Below the pieces are notes generated by a model, which saw only the letters and a program-made list of their open reading frames with translations, made no database searches and was not told the DNA's origin. Positions 18,601-26,784 of a stretch of DNA of 64,000 bases are shown here, piece after piece. The stretch lies in the NCBI GenBank assembly GCA_025059045.1, contig JANXEA010000010.1:53324-117323 (forward strand), written 5' to 3'. The stretch comes from Candidatus Bathyarchaeota archaeon (GTDB lineage: Archaea; Thermoproteota; Bathyarchaeia; Bathyarchaeales; DTEX01). Numbering within the stretch: position 1 is the stretch's first letter; every line of letters begins with the position of its first letter. The position numbers and the translations under genes were made by a program.

Positions 18601-18939
18601 GTTATTACTAACCTTTTAAGTAACGCCTACAAATTCACGTCTGAAGGTGGCAGAGTAGCGCTGCGATGCATAGACGAGGGCTCATTATTGAAGGTTCAGG
18701 TTTCAGATACTGGCATCGGAATTGCTCAAGAAGACTTGAATAAGCTCTTCCAACCTTTCCCGAACATTCAGAGACCAAACGTTACGGAACCGTCTATAGG
18801 GCTAGGTCTATCCATATGTAAGGGGATCGTCAGCCTACACGACGGCCAGATATGGGCTGAGTCTCCTGGTATAGGTAAGGGTGCGACATTCACTTTCACA
18901 TTGCCAAAGGCGTCGAAGGGTGAGGCAGACCATGGCTGA
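15667..18939 (+). CDS. multi-domain sensor histidine kinase (PAS-GAF-PAS-PAS-PAS-GAF-HisKA-HATPase)
   Basis: Repeated PAS cores (GISRDITE, GIVRDVTERK, GIARDVTELK, GISRDVTSLK). H-box STATHEIRTPL, N-box LLSNAYKFT, G1 DTGIGI, G2 GLGLSI. TTG at 15667 or ATG at 15673. Confidence 0.9.
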   Translation: MNMGALSRRRRGTEVEAGLSRVLYSIFNSVPDIIYIKNAKRRYVKCNESFKKLVGLNEEDIIGKTDEELLPPELAEQCRRSDIETLKTGKTVKAIEKLSGPDGEIIFETIKVPFYGRDGRVLGLVGISRDITEKEVFKERLEYTNRILRGLYECASNLIMVESPEDIGKCIFDAVGSCLEFNLGCFGVVDRDQLQFVYVVGAPIEDVRSRYASADNIAARAVKTGQTQYISCVNEASILPFLPSSLSAVAVPVKLEEKVVAVIYLESKRANGFKPSSIQFLEVIARNLSYRIGDLERLERERRLQSILENASEVIYTLSNEGIVTSLNPSFEKITGWSREEWIGRPFSEIIHPEDLPLAIETFERTIRGEALSPYCLRILLKSGDFAVGEFTSMPLIDKGKIVGEFGIVRDVTERKRLEERIAYEKSLLDALMETGPDAIYFKDRNSRFIMINKAEAELLGLKDPSEAVGKTDFDYFSHEHAAISLKDEQEIINGVKPYITRLERVKRSDGQIRWLLSTKVPLRDKNNEIIGVMGIARDVTELKFLEEQLSHERKLMQALMDNMPDSIYFKDANSRFIKVNKAFAARRGLRPEDLIGKTDFDVHSPEFAKEAYEDEQRIIKTGQPVISKLEKIVDRSGTIRWVSATKVPLKDEAGRIVGVLGISRDVTSLKHAEEILASLHNYAYRLSTANEIEEVARITLEAVEKLLGCKIAGFALVENNCVRFTHMIGVDAPEPVMLPLNGAGITVRAVRTGETQIVPDTSLDKDFVKSEKSQLSLSELAVPVKVGDKVEAVINLESVGKNAFSERDVRIVEILALHVGAAIDRLRYLKRLEEAVQERTKELQKYLERLKSLDKIKDQFISTATHEIRTPLVSIKGYTDLLLSGKLGEIPEKIRSLLTIVAKNTDRLLELTNELLEAQRIQRGRLQINKRLIDFREVIESSVEEFKPLMEKKGLTLEVAKPDKPMLVHGDPLRLTQVITNLLSNAYKFTSEGGRVALRCIDEGSLLKVQVSDTGIGIAQEDLNKLFQPFPNIQRPNVTEPSIGLGLSICKGIVSLHDGQIWAESPGIGKGATFTFTLPKASKGEADHG

Positions 18940-19828
18940 CAAGATTCTAGTCGTAGATGATGAGGCTGACATAGCAAACCTTGCAAAGATTATCCTAGAA
19001 TCTGAGGGATATAGTGTTGTAACAGCCTCTAATGGGGAGGAGGCACTAGCGAAAGTTTACCAAGAATCTCCTGATCTTGTGCTGCTAGACATAGTCATGC
19101 CTAAAAAGACGGGTCTAGAGGTCTGTAGAATATTGAAGGAGCAGAAGAGGACTAGGCAGATCCCGGTCATTGTGTTCTCGGTTTTGGGAAGAGAGGTTGA
19201 TAGGAGGATGAGCGCCGAGGTCGGCGCTGACGCACACTTCGTCAAGCCATTCACTCCGGAAAGCCTAGTTGAAATCGTCAGAACCCATCTCTTAAAGGCG
19301 AAAATGAATAAGTTTTCTTCTCATCTGGGCTTTAATCACAGCTACCTTTCAGGCAGGAAGATGCTGTTAGAATTCAGTCCGGACGCCTCCTATGAGCGTT
19401 GTGTCCGGGACTTCATCCTAGAGGCTAAAGCTAACGGCGAGGCGATCGTTGTTCTAACAGCTAAGGGAAGCGCGGTTTATCAGGTTGCCTTGGACGAGGG
19501 AAACGTGGACATAAAGAATATCACAGCGAAACCAATAATATCGCCAATACTCGATTCCTATAGAGATGTAAGTCTCAGCATCGTATTCGACAACCTTTCA
19601 GACATGATGCTTTCCCTTGGATTGGTCCAGACCTACAATTTTGTTAGGAACGCCTTAGAAAATATGGCTGATCAGAGGATAACGGCGCTCTTCCTCCTCA
19701 ATCCGGATGCGCATCAGCCAAGTGAAGCGTACAGTATAAGAGGGCTTTTTAGAGATCAACTGGCGTATAGAAACGAAGGGCTGACCATAATTAAGATTAG
19801 CCCGCCCTTGGCAGCCGCCAAAGAGTAA
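18932..19828 (+). CDS. response regulator: CheY-like receiver fused to a P-loop-less KaiC/RecA-like domain
   Basis: MADKILVVDDE ... LLDIVMP ... FVKPF receiver. The C-terminal 170 aa (LLEFSPDASYERCVRDFILEAKANGEAIVVLT...) resembles the KaiC-like core but lacks GxxxxGK[ST]. The ATG overlaps the kinase stop (ATGGCTGA). Confidence 0.8.
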   Translation: MADKILVVDDEADIANLAKIILESEGYSVVTASNGEEALAKVYQESPDLVLLDIVMPKKTGLEVCRILKEQKRTRQIPVIVFSVLGREVDRRMSAEVGADAHFVKPFTPESLVEIVRTHLLKAKMNKFSSHLGFNHSYLSGRKMLLEFSPDASYERCVRDFILEAKANGEAIVVLTAKGSAVYQVALDEGNVDIKNITAKPIISPILDSYRDVSLSIVFDNLSDMMLSLGLVQTYNFVRNALENMADQRITALFLLNPDAHQPSEAYSIRGLFRDQLAYRNEGLTIIKISPPLAAAKE

Positions 19829-19866
19829 GCCAGCATATCAGTTTGAGCTCTAATTTTTTAGGATGT

Positions 19867-20634
19867 CTATTCCGCGAAGACGGACTCTCCCGGATAAACG
19901 ATTATCCCGTTCGATGTAAAATCGTATGGGCATATTCTATCCGTAATCTTGACGCCGCGCATCTTTCTAACCTCAACCGCCCTAACTATTGAGTCCCTTA
20001 TCCTGTAGGAGTGAAGGTGTATCACCCCATGGGCTAGAAACTCCTCGGTTCCATACCTCTGCATGTTGGGATTCTCCTCCCTGCTCTCGACAAGCAACAA
20101 TGTTGTCAACCTCATCTCTGTAAGCGCCTTGACAAGCCTAAGCAAACCCTGCCTAGACTCAAATTCGTCGCGATACTGTATTTGGAGGGCTGAGACGCTG
20201 TCGACGACACATCTCTTAGCTTCAATCTTTCTCCTAGCATCGTTGATAGCGCCGATTAAGCCGTCAACACTGAACTCCTCGGTTCCAATACCCGCCTTGA
20301 TCACGTACCTTCCCTGCTGCCCCTCAGCTCTAATCGGGGAAGCGTCAACGATGGCCAACCGCCTCTTCTCCTCAAGATCATACATGTTCCAACCATAGCG
20401 TAGAGCAGAATTAGCAATCGAGTATGGCGGTTCCTCCAGAGTCACGTAGATTCCATTCTCACCAAACCTCAATATGCCAGTGCATATAAATTGGACTGCA
20501 AAGGTCGTCTTACCAGTGCCAGGTCCGCCTACAATAGCGTAGCAATATCCTCTTGGCAGTCCACCCTCAATCAATCCGTCGAAGCCATCGATGCCTGTTT
20601 GAACCCTCTCCTGAGGCAAGATTGTGGCCCCCAT
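19867..20634 (-). CDS. KaiC-like / RecA-superfamily ATPase (COG0467 type)
   Basis: VQTGIDGFDGLIEGGLP followed by Walker A GGPGTGKTT. Single-domain size (255 aa). Confidence 0.85.
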   Translation of the reverse strand: MGATILPQERVQTGIDGFDGLIEGGLPRGYCYAIVGGPGTGKTTFAVQFICTGILRFGENGIYVTLEEPPYSIANSALRYGWNMYDLEEKRRLAIVDASPIRAEGQQGRYVIKAGIGTEEFSVDGLIGAINDARRKIEAKRCVVDSVSALQIQYRDEFESRQGLLRLVKALTEMRLTTLLLVESREENPNMQRYGTEEFLAHGVIHLHSYRIRDSIVRAVEVRKMRGVKITDRICPYDFTSNGIIVYPGESVFAE

Positions 20635-20660
20635 CTATAGAAAATAAAAGGGAATCGAGC

Positions 20661-20669
20661 AAATATAAA
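20661..20669 (-). promoter_or_regulatory. TATA-like box for the KaiC-like gene
   Basis: The minus strand reads TTTATATTT about 27-35 nt upstream of the ATG at 20634, consistent with a leaderless or short-leader transcript. Confidence 0.3.
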
Positions 20670-20792
20670 CATGGACGGATCAAAAATACTTAAATCTCCC
20701 ATGGAACACCGTTCCAATCGGTTGCATTAGTTTTAGCCAAGTTATCGGTTGGTAGCTACGTTTTCCCATAAGATGAGTAGAAGGTTGATTCC

Positions 20793-23639
20793 TCAATCCA
20801 AAACGGCATAGGCTATGCTACCTCTCCGCGTAACAACCTTGACCTCACGCCTTGAAGATTCGGACGTAATATTAAGATTTTTCTCGACTCTGCTTCCAGG
20901 GGAGAGGATAATCGGGGGGTCAATGGTTATCCTGTCATGAGAGGTGGAGTTTATAACCCATATGCTTACAAGTTCAACTGTTAAAGGACCGATGTTCATG
21001 ATCTCAAGGATCATGCTCCCCCTGTCGAGGCGATATTCATTCACCACGAGAAGATTTGCGTAGCAGGCGACTGGGTATTCAGATTCTCCATATAACCGGA
21101 CTCTTACGTCTCCTTCGGGTCCAATATGTCTCTTTATGGTTTCGGCTTCAAGATATAATTCTTGGGTTACGTCACTACCACCTATGGTGACCGTCGAAAG
21201 TTCTATCCAATTTTTCTCTGTATGATCCCAGATGAAAATTCTCTGGGTGACAGAGACGGGCTCATGGCTTGTAACATAAGCAATTATGCCAAGATAATCC
21301 GCGTAGCAGTAGAAGGCTGAACTGCCCGCACACTGGCCTAAAAGCCTTATCTCGATAACCCCTTCCTCATTTATGAAATCTGCTAGCTCAGCGGATATCG
21401 TCCTATTCTGGAAACACCCAACTCCGGAACTCTCATATATGTCTGCTTCGCCTAGCTGGATCCACTGGAGTGAGCTATGATTAAGTGCATACATCCTCTG
21501 GGTGACGCAATCCTCTGTATATGAGCCATAGTAGGATATGGAAACTTGTGTAATGGAGTCTGACGACGGCAAAATAAACTTTGCATACCAGTCGGAGATA
21601 TATATTGTGTAATGTTTTGCACTTAGCACTATATAATCTACCTTCAGGTAAAATCTTGTGGCGGTATATTTGACACCGCGGATCTTGATCCTCCAGTTTC
21701 CTGCGGCGTCTCTGAAGTTTGTCGCATCAACGGTTATTGTCTGATTTTTTGTCTCATCAATAGCTGGTGTGGAAGAAGATATGTATGATATATAACCGTC
21801 CCCGCTTACTGGGTAAACGCTTCTCGAATAGTCATAAAGCTGGGCCGTCACGTTTACTAATCCTTCAGTCCATGCACAATCTATGCCCCATGTGAGTTCA
21901 AGCCATTCTTCTGTATCACTTGATCCTAAAAACTCAACCTCTGCAACATATCTATCCTGATAGCTGAAGCCTTCGATACGGCTGTTATAGTTTAGGTCAC
22001 CGAATCTGAAATAGGCATATGTTGAACCTCCCTGAAAAGAACGTTGAGTCCAGTAATATACAGTCCATGTTGCAGATCCAATTTGGGATGTGTTGAGCTG
22101 TCCAGTAACAAATTCCGCAAGAAGATTGTCCGGGCCTCCTAGACTGGCATAAACCCGAATTACGATGGCGTCAGTAGGTGATGTTACCGTTAAGGGGCAA
22201 TTCCATGATGAGCTTTGAATTCCAGACCCGCTGGTGCTTCTAGTCACCGTGGCCACCATTGTTCCATTCGTTATTTCGGTTTCAATACCGCTTGCGCTTC
22301 GCTTCCATACGCGGATTCCCCATGTGCATGTTCGCTGACCTGTACGGCTTGCGCTTCTCTGCACATATGAAGACGTTTGATTTACGCCTAGAGCAAAAGC
22401 CTGCAGGCCATTTATTGTCTGATTGTTACTTGTGAAATAACGTGTCTCATTCCTAAATAATGGATAGCTTCTGAAAATCATATATAGTCCCTCATCGGCT
22501 GCTAGATTAGCTAATGAGCCATTCACATATTCTGTACTTTCCACCAAGATGTAGCCTGAGGGGATGTATGAATTTATCAATTCATTTATTCCATAGGATC
22601 TCAAGGTCCAGCAGACATCATCTTTGCCTGAAAGATTCCGATAGCTTCCTGATACGTTTAATGTATCGCCCAGCATGCCACCTAATGATATGTTTCCATT
22701 TTCTAGGAAAAGTCTGGAGTAATGACCGACATACTTCAGCCTAAACTTTTCAACATCGATCGGGTTTACGCCCATTCTGAATAAGGCGGTCCAATCAACG
22801 ATGCTTGCAGGTCTAACCTCTAGGAGAACGCCTACGTCGTCGAAGAGTATACGGATCCCCCCCTGAAGGGCGCCTGTTTTTGCAGAGAGGCAGATGTGCA
22901 GCCTGTATAAACCCGTCGCATTGAAGATTTCTGGTGGTAAGGAATTTTGCGTGTAATGCCACACTCCATACTGAGACGCATCCACATTAACTGAGCATAA
23001 AATATGTTGGAATGGAACGCTAGGTCTTTCCAAAATAACATAGATGATCAACTCAGCTGATGGGTTGGCCCATGCGTTCATCCATGCCCAGCTTAGACTG
23101 GCTGAAACTGGCTTCCCAGTCTCGTGGACGAAGCTGCAGGTCCAATTCAGCCAGTATGGACCTACATTAGTCCCAGTTAAACCTGAATATATGCAGCCTG
23201 GTCCTGATCCGGGATCTGACTGCCCCTCCCCCGAGAGGTATCCGCCAACTGTACCCTTGGCCCCTTCAGTCTTGCAAAGTATCCAACCATCAACACCACT
23301 TGTGAAGTTCATGTTGCCAATCAAATACTTTCTCACATAATCGTTCTTGCTATTGAAGACCACATACCTCTTGTCTACAGAACGCAGATCAGCGATTGAA
23401 CCAATACTGCCTGAGCTGACCATTTCAGGGTAAATCTCTCGACTGGCAACGCTTGGGTAGAGGGCTGAAATGACGATCCTCTCTCTACTCCTCTCATCGT
23501 CTAGCAGGGCTAGCTCGTACTGTGCTTGGTAAACTTCGTACATAAAGTTGAGCATGAGAAGCATGACCATGAGTAGGAAGACCATGCCTATCGCCGCGGT
23601 CTGTCCCCGACATTCTTTATGGAGTCGCCTCGGTAACAA
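20793..23639 (-). CDS. 948-aa extracellular protein with class III (type IV pilin-like) N-terminus, CBM-like jelly-roll and pilin-like C-terminal domain
   Basis: N-terminus KECRGQTAAIGMVFLLMVMLLML. NMNFTSGVDGW ... IRILFDDVGVLL resembles a CBM4/9-type jelly-roll. I count 18 N-x-S/T sequons by eye. The C-terminal MILEIMNIGPLTVELVSIWV motif is shared with the upstream pilin-like gene, whose 3' end it overlaps by 23 nt. Confidence 0.75.
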   Translation of the reverse strand: MLPRRLHKECRGQTAAIGMVFLLMVMLLMLNFMYEVYQAQYELALLDDERSRERIVISALYPSVASREIYPEMVSSGSIGSIADLRSVDKRYVVFNSKNDYVRKYLIGNMNFTSGVDGWILCKTEGAKGTVGGYLSGEGQSDPGSGPGCIYSGLTGTNVGPYWLNWTCSFVHETGKPVSASLSWAWMNAWANPSAELIIYVILERPSVPFQHILCSVNVDASQYGVWHYTQNSLPPEIFNATGLYRLHICLSAKTGALQGGIRILFDDVGVLLEVRPASIVDWTALFRMGVNPIDVEKFRLKYVGHYSRLFLENGNISLGGMLGDTLNVSGSYRNLSGKDDVCWTLRSYGINELINSYIPSGYILVESTEYVNGSLANLAADEGLYMIFRSYPLFRNETRYFTSNNQTINGLQAFALGVNQTSSYVQRSASRTGQRTCTWGIRVWKRSASGIETEITNGTMVATVTRSTSGSGIQSSSWNCPLTVTSPTDAIVIRVYASLGGPDNLLAEFVTGQLNTSQIGSATWTVYYWTQRSFQGGSTYAYFRFGDLNYNSRIEGFSYQDRYVAEVEFLGSSDTEEWLELTWGIDCAWTEGLVNVTAQLYDYSRSVYPVSGDGYISYISSSTPAIDETKNQTITVDATNFRDAAGNWRIKIRGVKYTATRFYLKVDYIVLSAKHYTIYISDWYAKFILPSSDSITQVSISYYGSYTEDCVTQRMYALNHSSLQWIQLGEADIYESSGVGCFQNRTISAELADFINEEGVIEIRLLGQCAGSSAFYCYADYLGIIAYVTSHEPVSVTQRIFIWDHTEKNWIELSTVTIGGSDVTQELYLEAETIKRHIGPEGDVRVRLYGESEYPVACYANLLVVNEYRLDRGSMILEIMNIGPLTVELVSIWVINSTSHDRITIDPPIILSPGSRVEKNLNITSESSRREVKVVTRRGSIAYAVLD

Positions 23640-24039
23640 ATCTGCTTCCCCTCTCCGATACGATAATTATCCTTTGAGGTACACCAGCCGACCAAGCTTG
23701 AGAAAAACTGCAGTTCAGCCACCCTCCTTGATTAGGCGGCAGCTTAAGTTTAGACGGCGACATTGATGAGGCGACCGTACCGCCTACCGATACTGATACA
23801 ATGTTTATGTCTACGGAGCCGATGTTCCGGACATAGATTCTTAACGTATTGGAGCCGGTGAACCACACATCCTCAATTACGAGGCGTTCCCTCATCTGGA
23901 TAAGGGTTCCTTGCCTTTGAAAGCTTATAGCCGTAGAAGCCGCCGCGTATGCTATGGCGCAGGCCGTGAAGGTTATAACTAGCATTAGAAGAGACTCGAC
24001 GATTTGGCTTTGTCCTCTTCGGCGCATAGGTCCTCCCAT
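23617..24039 (-). CDS. archaeal type IV pilin-like protein (class III signal peptide)
   Basis: MGGPMRRRGQSQIVESLLMLVITFTACAIAYAAAS fits the [KR]G-Q-x-S-x-x-E-x-L-L prepilin pattern. Beta-sandwich motif LRIYVRNIGSVDINIVSVSV. Alternative ATG at 24027; the ORF opens at 24072. Confidence 0.65.
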   Translation of the reverse strand: MGGPMRRRGQSQIVESLLMLVITFTACAIAYAAASTAISFQRQGTLIQMRERLVIEDVWFTGSNTLRIYVRNIGSVDINIVSVSVGGTVASSMSPSKLKLPPNQGGWLNCSFSQAWSAGVPQRIIIVSERGSRFVTEATP

Positions 24040-24053
24040 GCAGATTTCACCAG

Positions 24054-24443
24054 TCAGAGGGTGGATCCGCATATTAGGCCGAGTAGTAAATACCAGAAAA
24101 CCCTGTAGACTGATACAGCCATCAGCACTGATAATTTTGCTATGGGAAGGATCTTTAGTTCTCTAGGGAAGAAAAATCCGATTTTAGCTAAGAAGACGCT
24201 GATAAGAAAGGCTGCAAATAGAAGTGGGGGCAAAAGCAAAAACACATAAGCATCCATAAGCCTGAAGATGAGTCCAGATGTGAATCCTAATGCTATATTG
24301 TCAAAGTGAACACTTAACCTCTGCTTCATCGTCTCATGTTGAAGTTCAGGAAAATATTTGTCCCTGACATGATTCGATATCCCAATTAAGGTTCCAACTA
24401 AATCTAAGGGAGGAGTATTCCAGAGTAGCAGCTGAGCCAGCAT
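24054..24443 (-). CDS. small integral membrane protein (129 aa), first gene of the pilin-like operon
   Basis: Three to four hydrophobic segments and no recognised motif. The stop lies 14 nt upstream of the next gene start. Confidence 0.5.
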   Translation of the reverse strand: MLAQLLLWNTPPLDLVGTLIGISNHVRDKYFPELQHETMKQRLSVHFDNIALGFTSGLIFRLMDAYVFLLLPPLLFAAFLISVFLAKIGFFFPRELKILPIAKLSVLMAVSVYRVFWYLLLGLICGSTL

Positions 24444-24655
24444 CTATGCTTCTGCCTTCCACATTCAAATCTGAGACGATTAGTTCCGCCCTAGCTTTAG
24501 AACCGCTACAATATTAGAATAATCTACCACTGCTACGTGTTTGAAGAGCATGTTTTGTGAATTGAGCCGCAATAGCCATTTATAATGCAAGGGGCCATAT
24601 TATGTGGAAATTCGTAAACTACAAAAAATTTATGAAATGGTTGGAGACGGGTAAG

Positions 24656-25018
24656 TCATGCCTGTACACATTTCTCTATGAATTCCATTACCGATAGGGT
24701 TCCATGTTTGAATATGCCATTTTCGAAGACGCAATCAGGCCAGACTAGTATCGAGACTCTTCCCCCATCCTTTCTAATGAGTTCCATCTCGAAGCTTTTA
24801 ACATCCTCGGCCAAAAGATCAGCGAATACCTTTCTCAGCTCTTTCGGTACCAACGAAAAAATGTTGACGCCAACTAGTTCCTTTTGAGAGTACCTCAGCA
24901 TCCTAGCGACGTATGCATCGGCCTTCTTGATGTTATAGCCTGCGTCCAGCTCAAGCATGCCTGTCTCGATTTTACTAATAGCTTTCACCCATAATCCAAG
25001 ACCCAAATAGATCACCAT
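24656..25018 (-). CDS. small membrane-anchored PAS-domain protein
   Basis: N-terminal hydrophobic segment, then a PAS-like core (YSQKELVGVNIFSLVP ... ELIRKDGGRVSILV). Confidence 0.55.
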   Translation of the reverse strand: MVIYLGLGLWVKAISKIETGMLELDAGYNIKKADAYVARMLRYSQKELVGVNIFSLVPKELRKVFADLLAEDVKSFEMELIRKDGGRVSILVWPDCVFENGIFKHGTLSVMEFIEKCVQA

Positions 25019-25139
25019 TACTAAGACACATGTTACTCTACCATTTTTGTTGCACAGAGAATGGAGTTTAAAAAATAAATTACTTATGAAAAATTAAGAT
25101 AGTTTAGGAAAAAGTATCTAAAAAATGTACCCAGCGGGT

Positions 25140-25159
25140 CTGCGGATAACTGCGGATAA
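25140..25159. repeat. perfect tandem 10-mer x2 (CTGCGGATAA)
   Basis: CTGCGGATAACTGCGGATAA, about 100 nt upstream of the lemA start. Confidence 0.7.
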
Positions 25160-25254
25160 ATAATTTTCACGTTTCTGCCCCTCTAATTTTCTTGGGCGTA
25201 AGCGGCCATTGAATATGGAAAGATTAATATGACATTTTGTGATTCTAGTTTTCG

Positions 25255-25824
25255 GTGAAATTCTTGGACTTGATAACTTTAATTCTCGCCGGGGCATCCA
25301 TAATCGTCGTTTTAGCCCTCGTTCTTATCCTGGTCTACTACTACAACAAGATCAGAATACTTTATAATCGGATTGAGGAGGCTTGGGCCCAGATCGACGT
25401 TCAGCTTAAGAGGAGATATGATCTCCTTCCAAACCTCGTCGAGACCGTCAAGGCCTATGCAAAGCATGAAAGGGAGTTATTTGAGAAATTGGCGGAAGCA
25501 AGGGAGAGGATGGTGAAGGGTGGAAGCAGGGAGGAGCAGATGAGAGCTTCTGACGAATTGACCCGGGCGTTGCGCACAATCTTCGCAATCGCTGAAGCAT
25601 ATCCAACTTTGAGGGCGAATGAGAATTTTAAGCTTCTCCAAGAACAGCTAGAGGGTATAGAGAACAAGATAGCTTATGCCCGCCAATATTATAACTCATC
25701 AGTCTTGGCATACAACAATGTAATCTCAACTATTCCTGGGAAATGGTTCGCCGCTGGCAGGGTAAAGCAGCCATTTCTTGAGATATCGGAGGCTGAGAGG
25801 CGACCAGTCAAAGTGGAGTTCTGA
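25255..25824 (+). CDS. lemA: LemA family protein
   Basis: N-terminal TM followed by the conserved AWAQIDVQLKRRYDLLPNLVETVK ... YYNSSVLAYNN pattern. GTG start. Confidence 0.85.
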   Translation: MKFLDLITLILAGASIIVVLALVLILVYYYNKIRILYNRIEEAWAQIDVQLKRRYDLLPNLVETVKAYAKHERELFEKLAEARERMVKGGSREEQMRASDELTRALRTIFAIAEAYPTLRANENFKLLQEQLEGIENKIAYARQYYNSSVLAYNNVISTIPGKWFAAGRVKQPFLEISEAERRPVKVEF

Positions 25825-26729
25825 TGTCTAGGCTCAGTTTCTATGATGAGATTGCAAGAAATAAGAGGAGCTCTATTCTTCTAGCACTCACCGTCTCGGC
25901 CTTTATCTTCGCCCTAATCTACCTACTTGTTTACATTCTATCTCCCGCCCTTCTCATCTATACCATTCCAATTTCAATCGTATTGATATCTGTCTATGCA
26001 TCCATGTCCTATAAGTATGGGGACAGCCTAGTCTTGGCGTCCGTAAACGCAAAGCCCGCTGATGCAAATAAATTCCAATATTTACGTGACACTGTAGAGG
26101 GTTTGAGCATTGCGGCCGGTATTCCGACACCCAAGGTCTACATTATCGAGAGTAAGGAAATGAATGCTTTAGCGACAGGAAGAGGCCCAAGAGATGCAAG
26201 CATTGCAGTCACAACAGGCTTGCTCGGCGAACTTAACAGGCTTGAGCTCGAGGGTGTAATAGGGCATGAAATTGCGCACATAAGAAACAGAGATGTACTT
26301 TTCATGACATATGTCGCCGTACTCGTCGGCCTCGCAGCAATCCTAAGCCACATGATTCTAAGATCATTCCGAATGGGTCGGCTTAGACGCATTCGCGGGG
26401 GCAGAGAACCGGGATGGATAGAGGCGATAGTCATTATCGCAGGCCTAATATTAGCCGCTATCGCACCGTTGGTGACACGCCTTGTACAGTTCGCAATATC
26501 AAGGAGAAGAGAGTTTCTAGCCGACGCCTCCTCCGCAGAGTTGACAAGATACCCTGAAGGCTTAGCCTCAGCTCTCGAGAAAATCATGAATAAGAATAAG
26601 GGGAGAATGGATGTAAGTGAAGCCGTTAGCCACCTCTTCTTCGTAGATCCAAACCATAACCCAATGGACAGACTATTTGCCACTCATCCCCCAGTAGAGG
26701 AGAGAATAAGAAGACTAAGGGCAATGTAG
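25824..26729 (+). CDS. htpX: HtpX-like M48 zinc metalloprotease
   Basis: HEIAHIRNRD (HExxH), multiple TM segments and C-terminal THPPVEERI. The start overlaps the lemA stop (TGATG). Confidence 0.9.
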   Translation: MSRLSFYDEIARNKRSSILLALTVSAFIFALIYLLVYILSPALLIYTIPISIVLISVYASMSYKYGDSLVLASVNAKPADANKFQYLRDTVEGLSIAAGIPTPKVYIIESKEMNALATGRGPRDASIAVTTGLLGELNRLELEGVIGHEIAHIRNRDVLFMTYVAVLVGLAAILSHMILRSFRMGRLRRIRGGREPGWIEAIVIIAGLILAAIAPLVTRLVQFAISRRREFLADASSAELTRYPEGLASALEKIMNKNKGRMDVSEAVSHLFFVDPNHNPMDRLFATHPPVEERIRRLRAM

Positions 26730-26784
26730 CTCCAATGCCAAAGGCTTATATCACTATTCGCGAGATGATTATTGCCCCGGTGGA

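Noticed and set aside
18881-18931. Upstream extension of the response-regulator ORF into the kinase gene.
   Set aside because: It overlaps the kinase HATPase C-terminus in another frame. The receiver consensus starts at MADKILVVDDE (18932).
25131-25146. CCCAGCGGGTCTGCGG resembles the tRNA 3' end CCCAGCGGGCCCGCCA (10576-10591) in direct orientation. This would make 10.6-25.1 kb a tRNA-integrated island.
   Set aside because: Only 9 contiguous matches (about 14 of 20 overall), which is near chance expectation for 64 kb. There is no integrase, and I could see no obvious compositional break. It is worth a formal att-site search only.
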